DNA of 64,000 nucleotides from Longimicrobiales bacterium. Lineage in GTDB: Bacteria > Gemmatimonadota > Gemmatimonadetes > Longimicrobiales > Gaopeijiaceae. The stretch lies in assembly GCA_965202805.1 (NCBI GenBank), contig OZ241869.1, positions 2,400,001 through 2,464,000 on the forward strand, given 5' to 3'. This document shows, piece by piece, positions 39,967 through 50,192 of the stretch (within the stretch, counting starts at the first letter, position 1; each line of letters starts with the position of its first letter). A program made the position numbers and the translations under genes. Under the pieces are notes generated by a model. The model searched no databases and was not told the DNA's origin. It was given only the letters and a program-made list of their open reading frames with translations.

Positions 39967-40080
39967 GCGCAGTCGTGGCGGCTCAGCGCACGTTGCCGCG
40001 ACCGGGCAGCGGCAGCCAGCGCCCGACCCCCGCTTCACACAACCCTGGCCGACCGCCACCAGCTCCAACCCGGACGCTCC

Positions 40081-40605
40081 ATGAACGCCATCCGCCACCA
40101 CTCCCTCCCTGTCGTTACCCGCTCGGTCACCTTCCGCGACTTCGTGGTGTTCCAGGTCAAGCTGGCGCTGGACGGGGTCAAGGATGCCGTCCTGATGAGC
40201 CTGTCGATCATCGCGATCGTGATCGACATGATCGCCGGGGGTGGCAGACGTCCCCGGCGCTTCTACGCCGTCATCCGGCTCTGCTCGCGTTTCGACCGCT
40301 GGCTCAGGCTGCACAGCACGAAGGGGTTCGCCGAGACGGGGGAACTGCTCTGGCCGGACCAACCCGGGACCGGCGCCGGAATCGGCGAGCGGCGCGTCCT
40401 GGGATCCGACGCCGACACCCTCATTGAGCGGGTCGAGGACCTTGCGCGGCGCGAGAGCAAGTCCGCGGAGCGCTGGCTGGACGACATGATCGAGCGGCAG
40501 CGCCGGGCCGGCGGGCGCGCGGGCGAAGCTCCGGGCCGGGAGGCGACGGACTACGACCGCGATCTCGAGGACTTCGACCGCGACCTCGGGTCGCGCGGGC
40601 GCTGA
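40081..40605 (+). CDS. Hypothetical protein with one hydrophobic segment
   Basis: RD..VFQVKL.LDG.KDA.L..LS..A...D motif; high-GC codon usage. Confidence 0.65.
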   Translation: MNAIRHHSLPVVTRSVTFRDFVVFQVKLALDGVKDAVLMSLSIIAIVIDMIAGGGRRPRRFYAVIRLCSRFDRWLRLHSTKGFAETGELLWPDQPGTGAGIGERRVLGSDADTLIERVEDLARRESKSAERWLDDMIERQRRAGGRAGEAPGREATDYDRDLEDFDRDLGSRGR

Positions 40606-40716
40606 GACGACGGGCCGCGGCACCGGCGCGCGTCCCGCCTCCACATCTCTGGCGCACATCCCTCCATCGGGGCAGTTTGCGAGGGAGAATCGGACCATCC
40701 TCCAGGAGACTGCGCC

Positions 40717-42354
40717 ATGACCCGGAAACACCTTCGCTTCGTTCTCGCCTGCGTCTGTAGCACCGCGCCGGTCCTGTCTGCCCTGGCACCGGCGCCCCTC
40801 TCCGCCCAGCACGACGAGCACGGACCCGGTCCGGCTCCGGACGGCGAGGAGGTCCTGCTCATCTCCTCCGCCCTCGGGCCGTACTCGCGCACCATCACCA
40901 CCGACTCCGAAGCAGCGCACGCCTACTTCGTCCAGGGCATGCAGCTCATGTACGCCTTCACGCCTTCGGACGCGAACCGCTCCTTCAAGGAGGCGCAGCG
41001 CCACGATCCCGAGTGCGCCATGTGCTGGTTCGGCGAGGCGTGGTCGCTGGGCCGCTATCTGAACGGCGCCATGCTGCCCGAGGACGCCCCCACCGCCTAC
41101 GCCGCCATCCACAGGGCGAAGGAGCTGGCCGCGGAATCCGGCAGCGAAATCGAGCGGGCCCTCATCGACGCGATGATCGTCCGCTACGCGCCCGAGCACG
41201 AAGGCGACGAGCAGCGCCTGGAGCTGGACAAGGCCTACGCCGCCGCCATGGAGAAGGTGTGGGAGGCGCACCCCGGGGATCAGGAGGTGGGGACCTTCTA
41301 CGGCGAGTCGCTCATGCTGCTGCAGCCCCGGCGCGGCTACTGGGACATCGAGAACCCCGAGGTGCAGAAGATCCACGAGGTGCTCGAGCAGACGCTCGCG
41401 CTCAACATCGCGCACCCGGGCGCGTGCCACCTCTACGTCCATGCGACCGAACCCACCACCCGTCCCGGCAAGGCGGAGGCGTGCGCGGACCATCTCGGCC
41501 AGTCGATCCCGGGCGCGAGCCACATCCAGCACATGCCCTCGCACACCTACAACCGGATCGGGCGCTGGCACGACGCGGTGATCGCCAACACGCAAGCCTG
41601 GCACTCCGACCAGAAGGCCAGCCACGACCTGGGCTACGCGATCTACCCGTCGCACAACCTGCACATGCTGCTCTTCGCCGCATCGATGGCGGGGGAGGGC
41701 GCGGTGGCGATGCAGGCCTCTCGCAACTACGGCAAGCTGGTGTCGGGCGGCAACTTCTACGAGTCGCTCACCGGCGTCCGCTTCGGCCTCTGGGAGGACG
41801 TGCTGGCGATCGGGGCGCAGCCCGAGCAGCCGCTCTTCGCCGGGTTCTGGGACTTCGCGCGCGGCTACGCCCATCTGCGCATGGAGCGGCCCGACAGCGC
41901 CGCCTTCTACATGGAGCGGCTGAAGGAGGCGCGCGGCGCGCTCGACGACGAGGCGCCGTTCCGCGGACACTCGGCGGTCGATCTCATCACGGTGGTGGGC
42001 GGGATCCTCGAGGGCGAGATGCTGGCCGCCGAAGGCGATGTCGACGGGGCCGTGCGCGTGCTCGAGGAGGCCATCGAGGTCGAGGACGGGCTCCGCTACG
42101 ACGAGCCCGAGCCGCTCAACTTCGCGGCGCGCCACTGGCTGGGCGCCATCCTGAACGACGCCGGACGCCACGCGGAGGCCGAAGAGGTGTTCCGCGCCGC
42201 CCTCGAGGACCATCCCCACAACGGCTGGTCGCTCTTCGGGCTCGAGCGCGCGCTCCGGGCCCAGGGCCGGGACGCCGAGGCCGACGAGACGCGGGCCGAG
42301 CGCATGGACTACTGGGCCAACGCCGATGTCTGGCTGATGTCGGCGCGCTTCTAG
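40717..42354 (+). CDS. Secreted TPR-containing protein with His-rich motifs
   Basis: AGGAG RBS, signal peptide, AYFVQG..L.YAF...A.RSF, HPGACHLYVHA.E, HIQHMPSH.Y.R.G.W, P.NGWSL.GL. Confidence 0.8.
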   Translation: MTRKHLRFVLACVCSTAPVLSALAPAPLSAQHDEHGPGPAPDGEEVLLISSALGPYSRTITTDSEAAHAYFVQGMQLMYAFTPSDANRSFKEAQRHDPECAMCWFGEAWSLGRYLNGAMLPEDAPTAYAAIHRAKELAAESGSEIERALIDAMIVRYAPEHEGDEQRLELDKAYAAAMEKVWEAHPGDQEVGTFYGESLMLLQPRRGYWDIENPEVQKIHEVLEQTLALNIAHPGACHLYVHATEPTTRPGKAEACADHLGQSIPGASHIQHMPSHTYNRIGRWHDAVIANTQAWHSDQKASHDLGYAIYPSHNLHMLLFAASMAGEGAVAMQASRNYGKLVSGGNFYESLTGVRFGLWEDVLAIGAQPEQPLFAGFWDFARGYAHLRMERPDSAAFYMERLKEARGALDDEAPFRGHSAVDLITVVGGILEGEMLAAEGDVDGAVRVLEEAIEVEDGLRYDEPEPLNFAARHWLGAILNDAGRHAEAEEVFRAALEDHPHNGWSLFGLERALRAQGRDAEADETRAERMDYWANADVWLMSARF

Positions 42355-42372
42355 GATGACGGCGCGCTCCTG

Positions 42373-43242
42373 ATGCACGACCGGGCCGCTGGGGGGCTCA
42401 TCCCTTCGGTCAGGGCGCGCACCTGGACGTTTGTCCTGGTTGCGCTCTGGACGGGGGCTCTGGCGGTCCTTGCGAGCCCGGCGAGCGCGCAGCGCTGGGG
42501 ACGCGGCTGGTCCCGGCGCGCGCCCATGGCCAACCCGGGCGAGGCGGCCGAGTTCGGCTTCACCTTCTGCCGCATCGCCTACCGCAGCGTGCGCAACGAG
42601 GCGCTGGGCCAGGGCTGGCGCACCGACTACCCCAACTCGGACGCCAACTTCGCGCTGCGCTTCTCGCAGCTTACCACCTCCGCGGTCAGCCGCTCCGAGG
42701 ACGGGGAACCCTTCTACGCGGTCGTGACCCTGGACGACGACCAGATCTTCCAATGTCCGTTCGTCTTCATGTCGGATGTGGGGACGGTCGGCTTCGACGC
42801 CGACGAGATCGAGCGCCTGCGCACCTATCTCCTGAAGGGCGGCTTCCTCTACGTGGACGACTTCTGGGGGGACCGCGCCTGGCAGCACTGGGAGCAGACC
42901 ATGCGGGAGGTGCTCCCCGATCACGTGATCCAGGACGTGCCGAGCGACCACCTGCTCCTGAACGGGCTGTACCAGGTGCGCAACGTGCCCCAGGTGCCTT
43001 CCATCCAGTACTGGTACCGGACCGGGCGGCAGGCGACCTCGGAGCGCGGGTTCGAGAGCGCGGAAGTGCATTTTCGCGCGATCTTCGACGAGGAAGGGCG
43101 GGCGATGGTGGTCATGACCCACAACACCGACATCGCGGACGGCTGGGAGCGCGAGGGGGAGGACGAGTCGTTCTTCTTCCGCTTCTCCCCGGAGTCGTAC
43201 GCGCTCGGCATCAACATCGTGCTGTATGCGCTGACGCACTGA
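42373..43242 (+). CDS. DUF4159 domain protein
   Basis: W.TDYP..D, PF.FM..VG, LR.YLLKGGFL..DDFWG, HN.D..DGWE, G.N.VLYALTH. Confidence 0.85.
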   Translation: MHDRAAGGLIPSVRARTWTFVLVALWTGALAVLASPASAQRWGRGWSRRAPMANPGEAAEFGFTFCRIAYRSVRNEALGQGWRTDYPNSDANFALRFSQLTTSAVSRSEDGEPFYAVVTLDDDQIFQCPFVFMSDVGTVGFDADEIERLRTYLLKGGFLYVDDFWGDRAWQHWEQTMREVLPDHVIQDVPSDHLLLNGLYQVRNVPQVPSIQYWYRTGRQATSERGFESAEVHFRAIFDEEGRAMVVMTHNTDIADGWEREGEDESFFFRFSPESYALGINIVLYALTH

Positions 43243-43300
43243 TGAGTGCTGATGGCAACTGATGAGTGCTGACGATATAACTGATATCTACTGGTGATAT
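43238..43300. repeat. Phased direct repeats upstream of the PQQ dehydrogenase gene
   Basis: actgatgagtgctga at 43238 and 43258; CTGA/CTGG recurring about every 10 bp to 43291. Confidence 0.7.
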
Positions 43301-43307
43301 ACGGCGG

Positions 43308-45635
43308 TTGGCCATGACCACACTGCGAACGACGTGTCTCGCGGCGGCGTTGGCCGCACGGCTCGGCGCGACGCCGGCGATGGCCGGGCCGCTGGCTGCG
43401 GCGATGGCCGGGGTGCTGGCTGCGACGCTGGCCGCGGCCGGGCCGCTCGCCGGGCAGGAGGCGGTGCGCCTGGTTCCGGAGCAGGTGGAGAGCGGACGCG
43501 GGGTGTACGAGCGCTCATGCGCGGAATGCCACCGCGCCGACCTGAGCGGCGACTTCGAGGCGCCCGAACTGGCCGGCCGGAACTTCCGCGCCGCCTGGCG
43601 GGGCGCACCGCTCGGCGAGCTGCTCGCGGTGGTGCGCGACATGCCCCCGGAGGAGCCCGGCACCCTGAGCGAAGCCCAGTACCTCGCGGTGACCGCCTTC
43701 CTGCTCTCCGCGAACGGGGCGGCCGCCGACCAGGGCGCGCTCGCCGACGGGCAGGCGATCGACGATGTCATCGCCGGGGCGGCCGCCGCACGCGCGGACG
43801 CCGCCTCCCCGGCCCAGGCCGCCGAGCGGGCCGGCGGCGGCGACCCGGGCAACCCGGCCGCGACCGATGCGACCGACCCACCCCCCACCGAAGCGGTCAC
43901 CACCGCCGCCGACCGGCCCTACGTCCCCACCGGCGACCTGGAACGCGCCACCGGCCTCACGACCTTGGAGGGCGCCATCGGCCCGCTCCCGCCGGTCACC
44001 GACGCCATGCTGCGCGATCCCGACCCCTCCGACTGGCTGATGTACCGGCGCACCTACGACGCGTGGGGGTACAGCCCGCTCGACCAGATCCGCCGCGAGA
44101 ACGTCGCCGATCTGGAGCTGGCCTGGGTGTGGGCCATGGCCGACGGCACCAGCCAGCCCACCCCGCTGGTGCTCGACGGGATCATGTTCCTCACCAGCCC
44201 GGGCAACATCATCCAGGCGCTCGACGCCGCCACCGGGGACCTCCTGTGGGAGTACCGGCGCCAGTTCCCCGACCACATCCGCCCGGGCGGCTTCAACCAG
44301 TTGCGCAACGTGGCGCTCTACGAGGACAAGGTGTTCCTGGCCACCAGGGACGCGAGCCTGGTCGCCCTCGACGCGCGCACCGGCAAGACGGTCTGGGACA
44401 CCCAGGTCGCCGACCCCCGCAAGGGATACGCCAGCGTCGCGGGCCCCCTCGTGGTGGAGGGGCTGGTCGTGAACGGCATGAACGGGTGCGGGCGCTTCTT
44501 CGAGGACAGCTGCTTCATCACCGCGCACGACGCCGACACCGGGGAGGAGGTGTGGCGCACCTACACGATCGCGCGCCCGGGCGAATCCGGCGGCGACACC
44601 TGGGGCGACCTGCCCCTCCACCTGCGGGGCGGCGGGGATGCGTGGACCACCGGCAGCTACGACCCGGCGCTCGGGCTCATCTACTGGGGGACCGCCCAGG
44701 CCAAGCCCTGGGTGCCCGCCAGCCGTGGCCTCACCACCGCCGATGCGGCGCTCTACACCAGCTCCACCCTGGCGATGAACGCGGCCGACGGCTCGCTGGC
44801 CTGGTATCGCCAGCATGTCCCCGGCGAGGCGCTCGACCTGGACGAGGCCTTCGAGCAGTTGCTGGTGGACATCGACGGCCGCAGGCTCCTCTTCGCCATC
44901 GGCAAGCACGGCATCTTCTGGAAGCTCGACCGCGAGACGGGCGAGTTCCTCCAGCACCGCGAGACCGTCTACCAGAACGTCTTCGACCACATCGACCCGA
45001 AGACCGGCGAGGTCACCTACCGCCAGGACATCATGAAGGCCGAAGTGGGCGAGTGGATCTCGGTCTGCCCCAGCACCGCGGGCGGCCACAACTGGCACGC
45101 GATGGCGTACAGCCCGGAGAACAGCCTGCTCGTCACCCCGCTCTCACAGAGCTGCCTCGAGATCTCCGGCCGCGAGATCGTCATGGAGGTCGGATCGGGC
45201 GGCACCGGCGCCGACCGCGACTGGGCCGAAATGCCCGGCACCGACGGCCGTCTGGGCAAGCTGGCCGCGTACGACGTGCGCACGCTCGAGGAGGTCTGGA
45301 GCGTCGAGCAGCGCGCCTCCTTCCTCACCGCGGCGCTCACCACCGGGGGCGGCCTCGCGTTCGCCGGCGATGTCGACCGCTACTTTCGCGCGTACGACGT
45401 CGCGACCGGCGACGTGCTGTGGGAGACCCGGCTGGGGACCTCGGTACAGGGCTTCCCCGTGACCTTCTCGGTGCGGGGCGAACAGTACCTCGCGGTCAGC
45501 ACCGGCCTGGGCGGCGGCAGCCCCCGCATCGTTCCGCGCCTGCTGGCCCCGGAGATCCGCCATCCGGCCTCCGGAAACGCGCTCTACGTCTTCAGGCTGC
45601 GCGACACTTCGGCTTCGGCCCCCGGTTCGCGCTGA
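43308..45635 (+). CDS. PQQ-dependent dehydrogenase with an N-terminal c-type cytochrome domain
   Basis: CAECH heme motif; [29 protein letters not shown] repeats [27 protein letters not shown]...G.QY.AV. Confidence 0.88.
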   Translation: MAMTTLRTTCLAAALAARLGATPAMAGPLAAAMAGVLAATLAAAGPLAGQEAVRLVPEQVESGRGVYERSCAECHRADLSGDFEAPELAGRNFRAAWRGAPLGELLAVVRDMPPEEPGTLSEAQYLAVTAFLLSANGAAADQGALADGQAIDDVIAGAAAARADAASPAQAAERAGGGDPGNPAATDATDPPPTEAVTTAADRPYVPTGDLERATGLTTLEGAIGPLPPVTDAMLRDPDPSDWLMYRRTYDAWGYSPLDQIRRENVADLELAWVWAMADGTSQPTPLVLDGIMFLTSPGNIIQALDAATGDLLWEYRRQFPDHIRPGGFNQLRNVALYEDKVFLATRDASLVALDARTGKTVWDTQVADPRKGYASVAGPLVVEGLVVNGMNGCGRFFEDSCFITAHDADTGEEVWRTYTIARPGESGGDTWGDLPLHLRGGGDAWTTGSYDPALGLIYWGTAQAKPWVPASRGLTTADAALYTSSTLAMNAADGSLAWYRQHVPGEALDLDEAFEQLLVDIDGRRLLFAIGKHGIFWKLDRETGEFLQHRETVYQNVFDHIDPKTGEVTYRQDIMKAEVGEWISVCPSTAGGHNWHAMAYSPENSLLVTPLSQSCLEISGREIVMEVGSGGTGADRDWAEMPGTDGRLGKLAAYDVRTLEEVWSVEQRASFLTAALTTGGGLAFAGDVDRYFRAYDVATGDVLWETRLGTSVQGFPVTFSVRGEQYLAVSTGLGGGSPRIVPRLLAPEIRHPASGNALYVFRLRDTSASAPGSR

Positions 45636-45698
45636 GACCGACCGCCGCACCGATCGCGAGACCGCAGCCGGCACCGGCGGCGACCCCGGCGTTGCCGG

Positions 45699-46763
45699 TC
45701 AGTCGGTGTCTTCCTCGGCGCGTCGCCGGGCGATGCGGGTGAGCTTCGGCTCTATGGATGTCATCACTGCCGCGAACAGCACGAGCGCCCAGCCCACCGA
45801 GAGGACCAGGTGTACGCCGACCAGCATTCGGGCAGCGGCCGAGACCGGGGTGATGGCCGCGTAGTCCTGGGCGAGGGCGGTGAAGAAGGAAAAAGACACC
45901 CAGCCGGTGATCCCCGTGGCGGCGTCGGCGAAAGCGCCGGGGCTGAAGCGCTCCAGCGCCCCGTAGAAACCCGCGAACAGGATTATGATCGTCAGGTAGC
46001 CGAGCGCGAACCCGCCGATGGGGATCCACATGACCCGAAGGTAGGCGGCAAGCTGACCGTACACTTCCAGCCGCGGACGGAGCCAGTTGGCGGCGGTGCG
46101 CCCCGCGAGAAACGCGATCACCGGGATCGCGGCCAGCGCGAAGATCCCGGCGATGAAGAGCAGCACGGTGTCTTCCTGCATGATGCCGGACCAGTACGCG
46201 ACTCCCATCAGGGCGGGCAGGGCCGCCGCACCGAGGACCAGGAGTCGGGGAGGCCGGGCGTCACGCCATCCCTTGCGCCGGTGGCAGACCAGGCCAACCA
46301 GCAGCGCCGTCCAGGGCGTGGCCATGAGCGGGTACGTCGCCATGAGCGGCCACAACGGGACGTCGTCGACGACCAGCGCCGGGATCAGGCCAAAGCCCAG
46401 GAGGACGGCCAGGAACAAGGTCTCGCGAGTAACGTCCCGGTACCTGGACAGCGACGAGCGGCCGAGTCCGTCGATCAGGCCGATCGCCAAGGGGGTGCTG
46501 GGCGGGATGATGATGCCCCAACCGAGGTACTGAGCGCTGGTCAACAGCGCGGTCACGACCCCGACCGCCGAGCCGATCAGAATACCGGTCCACAGGCTGC
46601 CCTGCGCCCCTCGCCGGAGGCCGACGCCTACGCCGATCGCCAGGCCGCAGCCCGCTCCCAGCCAGACATTGGCGTGGTCTCCGGTGATCGCGTATCCGAA
46701 GGTCAGGACGACGAAGCCGATGGCGGCCGCCATCCGGATCCCCAGCCAGATCAAACGGCTCAC
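45699..46763 (-). CDS. Polytopic membrane protein with a C-terminal 2-TM ion-channel-like domain
   Basis: About 10 hydrophobic segments; FAGFY...F...W.SFSF.T......ITPVS..AR matches a K-channel pore region lacking GYG. Confidence 0.65.
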   Translation of the reverse strand: MSRLIWLGIRMAAAIGFVVLTFGYAITGDHANVWLGAGCGLAIGVGVGLRRGAQGSLWTGILIGSAVGVVTALLTSAQYLGWGIIIPPSTPLAIGLIDGLGRSSLSRYRDVTRETLFLAVLLGFGLIPALVVDDVPLWPLMATYPLMATPWTALLVGLVCHRRKGWRDARPPRLLVLGAAALPALMGVAYWSGIMQEDTVLLFIAGIFALAAIPVIAFLAGRTAANWLRPRLEVYGQLAAYLRVMWIPIGGFALGYLTIIILFAGFYGALERFSPGAFADAATGITGWVSFSFFTALAQDYAAITPVSAAARMLVGVHLVLSVGWALVLFAAVMTSIEPKLTRIARRRAEEDTD

Positions 46764-46803
46764 GATTCTCCCTTCAGAAGGGCTGTGCGGTCAGATCGGG
46801 CCC

Positions 46804-49800
46804 TCAGAACACCCGATACGTCGCCGACAGCTTGACGCGCCGTCCCTTCGCGCTGTGGGTGAAGCCGTCGAAGGACTGCTCCCACTTCACGTACGGCGGG
46901 GCGACATCCAGCAGATTCAGCAGGGAGAGCGAGACGCCCAGCCCGCGCGAGGGGCGCCAGAGCGCGGTGGCGTCCAGGGTCACGAAGCTGCCGATGTCCT
47001 CGTACTGGCTTCCCTCTTCGTCGTGGTCCCTGTAGGAGGAGATGTAGTTCACGTATCCGACCACGCTGTAATCGGACCACCCGTAGCTTCCGAACAGCCT
47101 TCCCTTCAGGCTCGGGAGCGGTGGGGCGATGGGGTTGTACTTGTTCAGTTGCCCGGCCCCTTCCTGCGAGGACGAGATCTCGACGCCCCCGACATTCAGC
47201 GGCTCCATCGAATAGCTGCTCGTATACGTCGCCTCCAACCCTGCGTTCAGGATGCCTGCTCCGGCCTGGGAACGGGCGTTCAGCTGGAAGTCGAAGCCGG
47301 AGGTCTTCACGCCCGGCCAGTTGACCAGGTCGACGTGGATGCGCTCGATGCCGGTGACGTCGCAGGTGCCGGTGCCGCGCCCGTCGGAGCAGGTCACGAA
47401 GTCCTTGATCGCGTTCCTGGAGGCGCCGCCCTCGTGGTACAGCCTGGTGACGGCGTTGTAGGGCACCACGGCGATCACGTTCTCGAAGTCGTAGCTCCAG
47501 TAGTCGGCGGACAGCTGCACCGGGACGAAGCCCGACGCGTCGGCGATCGACAGGACGAAGCCGGCGTTGTAGGTGAACGCCGTCTCGGGCTCGAGATCCT
47601 TGCTGCCGTAGGTGTCGACCGCCTTGTATACCCCCGCCTCGTTCACGTAGGCGAGTGCCGTGACCCGATCCCCGTTCAGGTCGTCGACGGAAGGGGCGCG
47701 GAAGGTCGTCTGCAGCGAGCCGCGCAACGCGAACCGGTCGGTTACGTCGTAGCGGATGGCGACCTTCGGGTTGAAGGTGCTGGCGACGCTGTAGAACTCG
47801 TAGTTGGCGGCCAGCTGCATGTGGAGGCGGTCGTCCGCCAGGTTCATGGGGAGCTCGCCGAAGAACCGGTGCACGGTCTGGTTGTCGGCGTAGGGATAGG
47901 TTCCGGTGGTGAAGGTGAACGGGCCCGCCTTCTCCAGGCAGGCGCGGCTGCCGAGCACCGAGCAGGGGTTGATGTTCAGGTTGCCGGCATCGTTGACGCC
48001 CGCATCGACGTCGAACCAGCGGAACTGGTAGCCGATGGCGTAGTTCTCGGCCGCGCCGCTGCTCCCGGTCAGCGTCGCATCGGCGACCAGCATGTTCGCC
48101 GAGCTGAACACATCGACCTCCTCGTTGATCCACGCGATCAGCTCGCGGTCGTTCGCCAGGTTGGGCGAGAAGTCGGGGTTGGCCTCGCCGACAAAGCGCG
48201 CGCCCGGCTGCTGGGAGTGCTGCAGCGCGTTGCTGAACGGGTTGTAGAACCGGCAGTTGCCCTGTCCCGGCACCCGGCTCCCCGTCGGGCCCAGCGCCAT
48301 GCCCGAGGCCGAGTTGGGATCGGCGACCACGTCGACCCCGCAGTCGGGACCGCCGAAGCCGCGGAAGGCCAGGAACTTGCGGTAGGCGTATTCCGCGGGC
48401 TGATTCACGTTGCCCGAGGAGCCGGAATAGCTGACGGCCAGATTCAGCCGGTTGTCGTGGCCCTCCAGTGCGTCGAAGCCGGTGTCCAGGGAAGCCGAGG
48501 CCCGATGGGTGCGGGAGTTCCGGTGCAGGGTCCGTCCGGGACCGGAGTGTCCCACGAGCCGCCCGAAGAAGTACCAGTCACTATCCAGGCAGTCGCCGCT
48601 GCCCATGAACCCCACGCTGGATGCGTACTGCTGGCAGAAGGCCTGCCGTCCCGGGTTCTCCGGCGGCACGATCTGAAGCCCGTCGTAGGGGCTGATGGGG
48701 GGGAACGACGGGGTGGTGACCCATTCCGGCGTGTCCGCCTCGGCGAACAGGCCCTCGATATGGAAACTCGTGTTGTCTCCGACCTCGCCGTTGATTTCGG
48801 CGAAGGCCCGGAAGTGGGTGGACTCTTCGAGGAGGTTGTCCCAGGGCTGGTAGCGGAACCGGCAGGTGTAGGTCTCGAGGAAGCCGCCGAATTCCAGGCA
48901 GCGCGGATCGATGAAGATGTCGTCGTCCGAGAAGTGCGCGGTCGAGAGCTTGTCGATGAGATCCGCGGAGCTTTCCATCCCCGTCAGGGAAGGCGTGAGG
49001 AACGCCCCCGGGTTTCCGGTCCACGACCAGGCGCCGGCCCCGGGCTCGAACGGGTGCAGCGCCCAGTCCCGCTCTTCCGGGGTGAGCCGCTGGCGGGTCA
49101 GGTATTCGGCGGACAGGACCGCGTTCACGCGGTCGCCGAGCCGCCGTCCCACGATGCCGGCCACGTTGCTGTCGCCCGCGCCGGCGAAGTACTCGTGCGA
49201 GGCGGTCACCTCCGTCCCCTCGAAGTCGCCGCGGGTGAGGAAGTTGGCGACCCCGGCCACGGCGTCCGACCCGTAGATGGCGGACGCGCCCTCCTTCAGC
49301 ACTTCGATGCGGTCGATCGCGATGGACGGGAACGCGTTGATGTCGACGTAGCGTCCGCCGATCAGGCGGGCCGGGAGGTAGACCTGGCGCCGGCCGTTGA
49401 GCAGCACCAGGGTCCGCGATGCCCCGAGGCCTCGCAGGTTCACGTTGGCCACCGTCTCCGGAACGGCGGCGATTTCGTTGGCGTTGTACCAGCTCTGCCG
49501 CTCGCCGACCACCCCGTGGCTCACGCCGAGGGCCTTGAAGAACTCGGTCACGAGCGGGAAGCCCTGTTCCTCCAGCTTGCGGCGGGCCGCCACCGCCACC
49601 GAGTAGGGCAGATCCGTGGCCGCCGCCTCCGCGCTGGTGCCGGTCACGATCACCTCGTCGAGCTCAAGGGCCGTGAAGCTCAGCCGCAGGTCGACCGTGG
49701 TGGCCTCCCCGGGAGCTACGGTGACCCCTTCGGTCGCCGCCAGATAGCCGAGGATGTTGGTGGAAAGCTGGTGCGCTCCGGCCGGGACATCCTGGATCGA

Positions 49801-50010
49801 GTAGCCGCCGTCGGCATCCGTGACCGCGCCGATGCCGAGCGCATCGATGAAGACCTGCACGCCCGCGATGGGCTCGTCGTCGGCGTCGTCGACGACGGTC
49901 CCCTGGATGGTGCCGGGGGATTGCCCCAGGGCGGGACTTGCGGAGAGGGCGCCAAACAGCGCCAGCAGCACGCACCAAACACGCGGGAATCGTGAGATCC
50001 ACCCGTCCAT
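46804..50010 (-). CDS. TonB-dependent receptor with a CarboxypepD_reg-like N-domain and Cys-rich loops
   Basis: GGAGGAGG RBS; LDEVIVTG TonB box; VNLRGLGASRTLVLLNGRR, IDRIEVLKEGASAIYGSDAVAGVANF; terminal ATYRVF. Confidence 0.92.
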   Translation of the reverse strand: MDGWISRFPRVWCVLLALFGALSASPALGQSPGTIQGTVVDDADDEPIAGVQVFIDALGIGAVTDADGGYSIQDVPAGAHQLSTNILGYLAATEGVTVAPGEATTVDLRLSFTALELDEVIVTGTSAEAAATDLPYSVAVAARRKLEEQGFPLVTEFFKALGVSHGVVGERQSWYNANEIAAVPETVANVNLRGLGASRTLVLLNGRRQVYLPARLIGGRYVDINAFPSIAIDRIEVLKEGASAIYGSDAVAGVANFLTRGDFEGTEVTASHEYFAGAGDSNVAGIVGRRLGDRVNAVLSAEYLTRQRLTPEERDWALHPFEPGAGAWSWTGNPGAFLTPSLTGMESSADLIDKLSTAHFSDDDIFIDPRCLEFGGFLETYTCRFRYQPWDNLLEESTHFRAFAEINGEVGDNTSFHIEGLFAEADTPEWVTTPSFPPISPYDGLQIVPPENPGRQAFCQQYASSVGFMGSGDCLDSDWYFFGRLVGHSGPGRTLHRNSRTHRASASLDTGFDALEGHDNRLNLAVSYSGSSGNVNQPAEYAYRKFLAFRGFGGPDCGVDVVADPNSASGMALGPTGSRVPGQGNCRFYNPFSNALQHSQQPGARFVGEANPDFSPNLANDRELIAWINEEVDVFSSANMLVADATLTGSSGAAENYAIGYQFRWFDVDAGVNDAGNLNINPCSVLGSRACLEKAGPFTFTTGTYPYADNQTVHRFFGELPMNLADDRLHMQLAANYEFYSVASTFNPKVAIRYDVTDRFALRGSLQTTFRAPSVDDLNGDRVTALAYVNEAGVYKAVDTYGSKDLEPETAFTYNAGFVLSIADASGFVPVQLSADYWSYDFENVIAVVPYNAVTRLYHEGGASRNAIKDFVTCSDGRGTGTCDVTGIERIHVDLVNWPGVKTSGFDFQLNARSQAGAGILNAGLEATYTSSYSMEPLNVGGVEISSSQEGAGQLNKYNPIAPPLPSLKGRLFGSYGWSDYSVVGYVNYISSYRDHDEEGSQYEDIGSFVTLDATALWRPSRGLGVSLSLLNLLDVAPPYVKWEQSFDGFTHSAKGRRVKLSATYRVF

Positions 50011-50192
50011 TTCCGGCCTCCTCCGTCTCGGAGCGATGTCACATCTTCGCCTTCGAGCGACGTACCCTGACTCGGAACGATGTCCTGGCCTGGACTGGAG
50101 AACTCCGTGCCCGGCTGCAGAAATGTCGCAACGAGTATTGATTCCGTCGCATGTTCCTGAGCCCAAGATAGTGCCCCGGGCCGTGGAGGGCA

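Noticed and set aside
43239..43275. Hammerhead ribozyme (CUGAUGA core, twice)
   Set aside because: No downstream GAAA core or supporting stems were found
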